Below the pieces are notes generated by a model, which worked only from the letters and a program-made list of their open reading frames with translations, searched no databases and was not told the DNA's origin. DNA of 64,000 nucleotides from Eledone cirrhosa. Lineage: Eukaryota. The stretch is taken from NCBI GenBank assembly GCA_964016885.1, contig OZ024766.1, positions 16,864,001 through 16,928,000 on the forward strand, read 5' to 3'. This document shows, in pieces, positions 63,798 through 64,000 of the stretch (position 1 is its first letter; each line of letters opens with the position of its first letter). The translations under genes and the position numbers were made by a program.

Positions 63798-64000
63798 TGA
63801 AAAAGTCTGTGGGAAAACGTAGATAGCTAAAAATCATTTGCAGGAATCTTGATCACTATGTACCAGAACATTCTCTTATTAATGTGTCATAGCATGTTCT
63901 AACTAGCACCCTTAAATACATGTTGCAACGTGGCATTGCCAGTCACAAGTAAGGACCGGCTCAAGCGACATGGACTCCACCAAAACATAAAATACACAGT

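Noticed and set aside
63798-64000. Next ST7 exon (expected FHxVSVYPKK...)
   Set aside because: No such peptide is readable, so the exon must lie beyond the window.

Overview
Eukaryotic, intron-rich and extremely repeat-dense DNA. The SINE types, (TA)n load and minisatellite density resemble octopus/coleoid cephalopod genomes (inference). One protein-coding gene runs through the window on the + strand: an ST7 (suppression of tumorigenicity 7) orthologue. I hand-spliced 12 internal exons (30978-61640, 1296 nt, all GT-AG, phases consistent). There is also a plausible short first coding exon at 13505-13523, and the last exons lie beyond the window. Nearly all long ORFs in the supplied track are translations of tandem repeats. 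The rest of the window is transposon-derived: RTE-clade LINE pieces, a tRNA/CORE SINE sharing its 3' tail with an RTE LINE, a head-to-tail stack of five L1/Tx1-like 3' ends in (TCTA)n, Tc1/mariner-type MITEs, Penelope-like fragments with minimal hammerhead ribozymes, and many satellites grown from TE segments. The most unusual structure is an intronic array at 51878-53620: 16 x 93-bp units, each a 39-bp-stem hairpin, bracketed by 216-bp inverted repeats whose terminal hairpins are flip/flop isomers. Other notable items are hammerhead motifs with covariation, a decoy duplicate of exon 9, twin RFX X-boxes, and inverted repeats bracketing a frame-neutral exon pair. No CRISPR, rRNA or true tRNA genes were seen.
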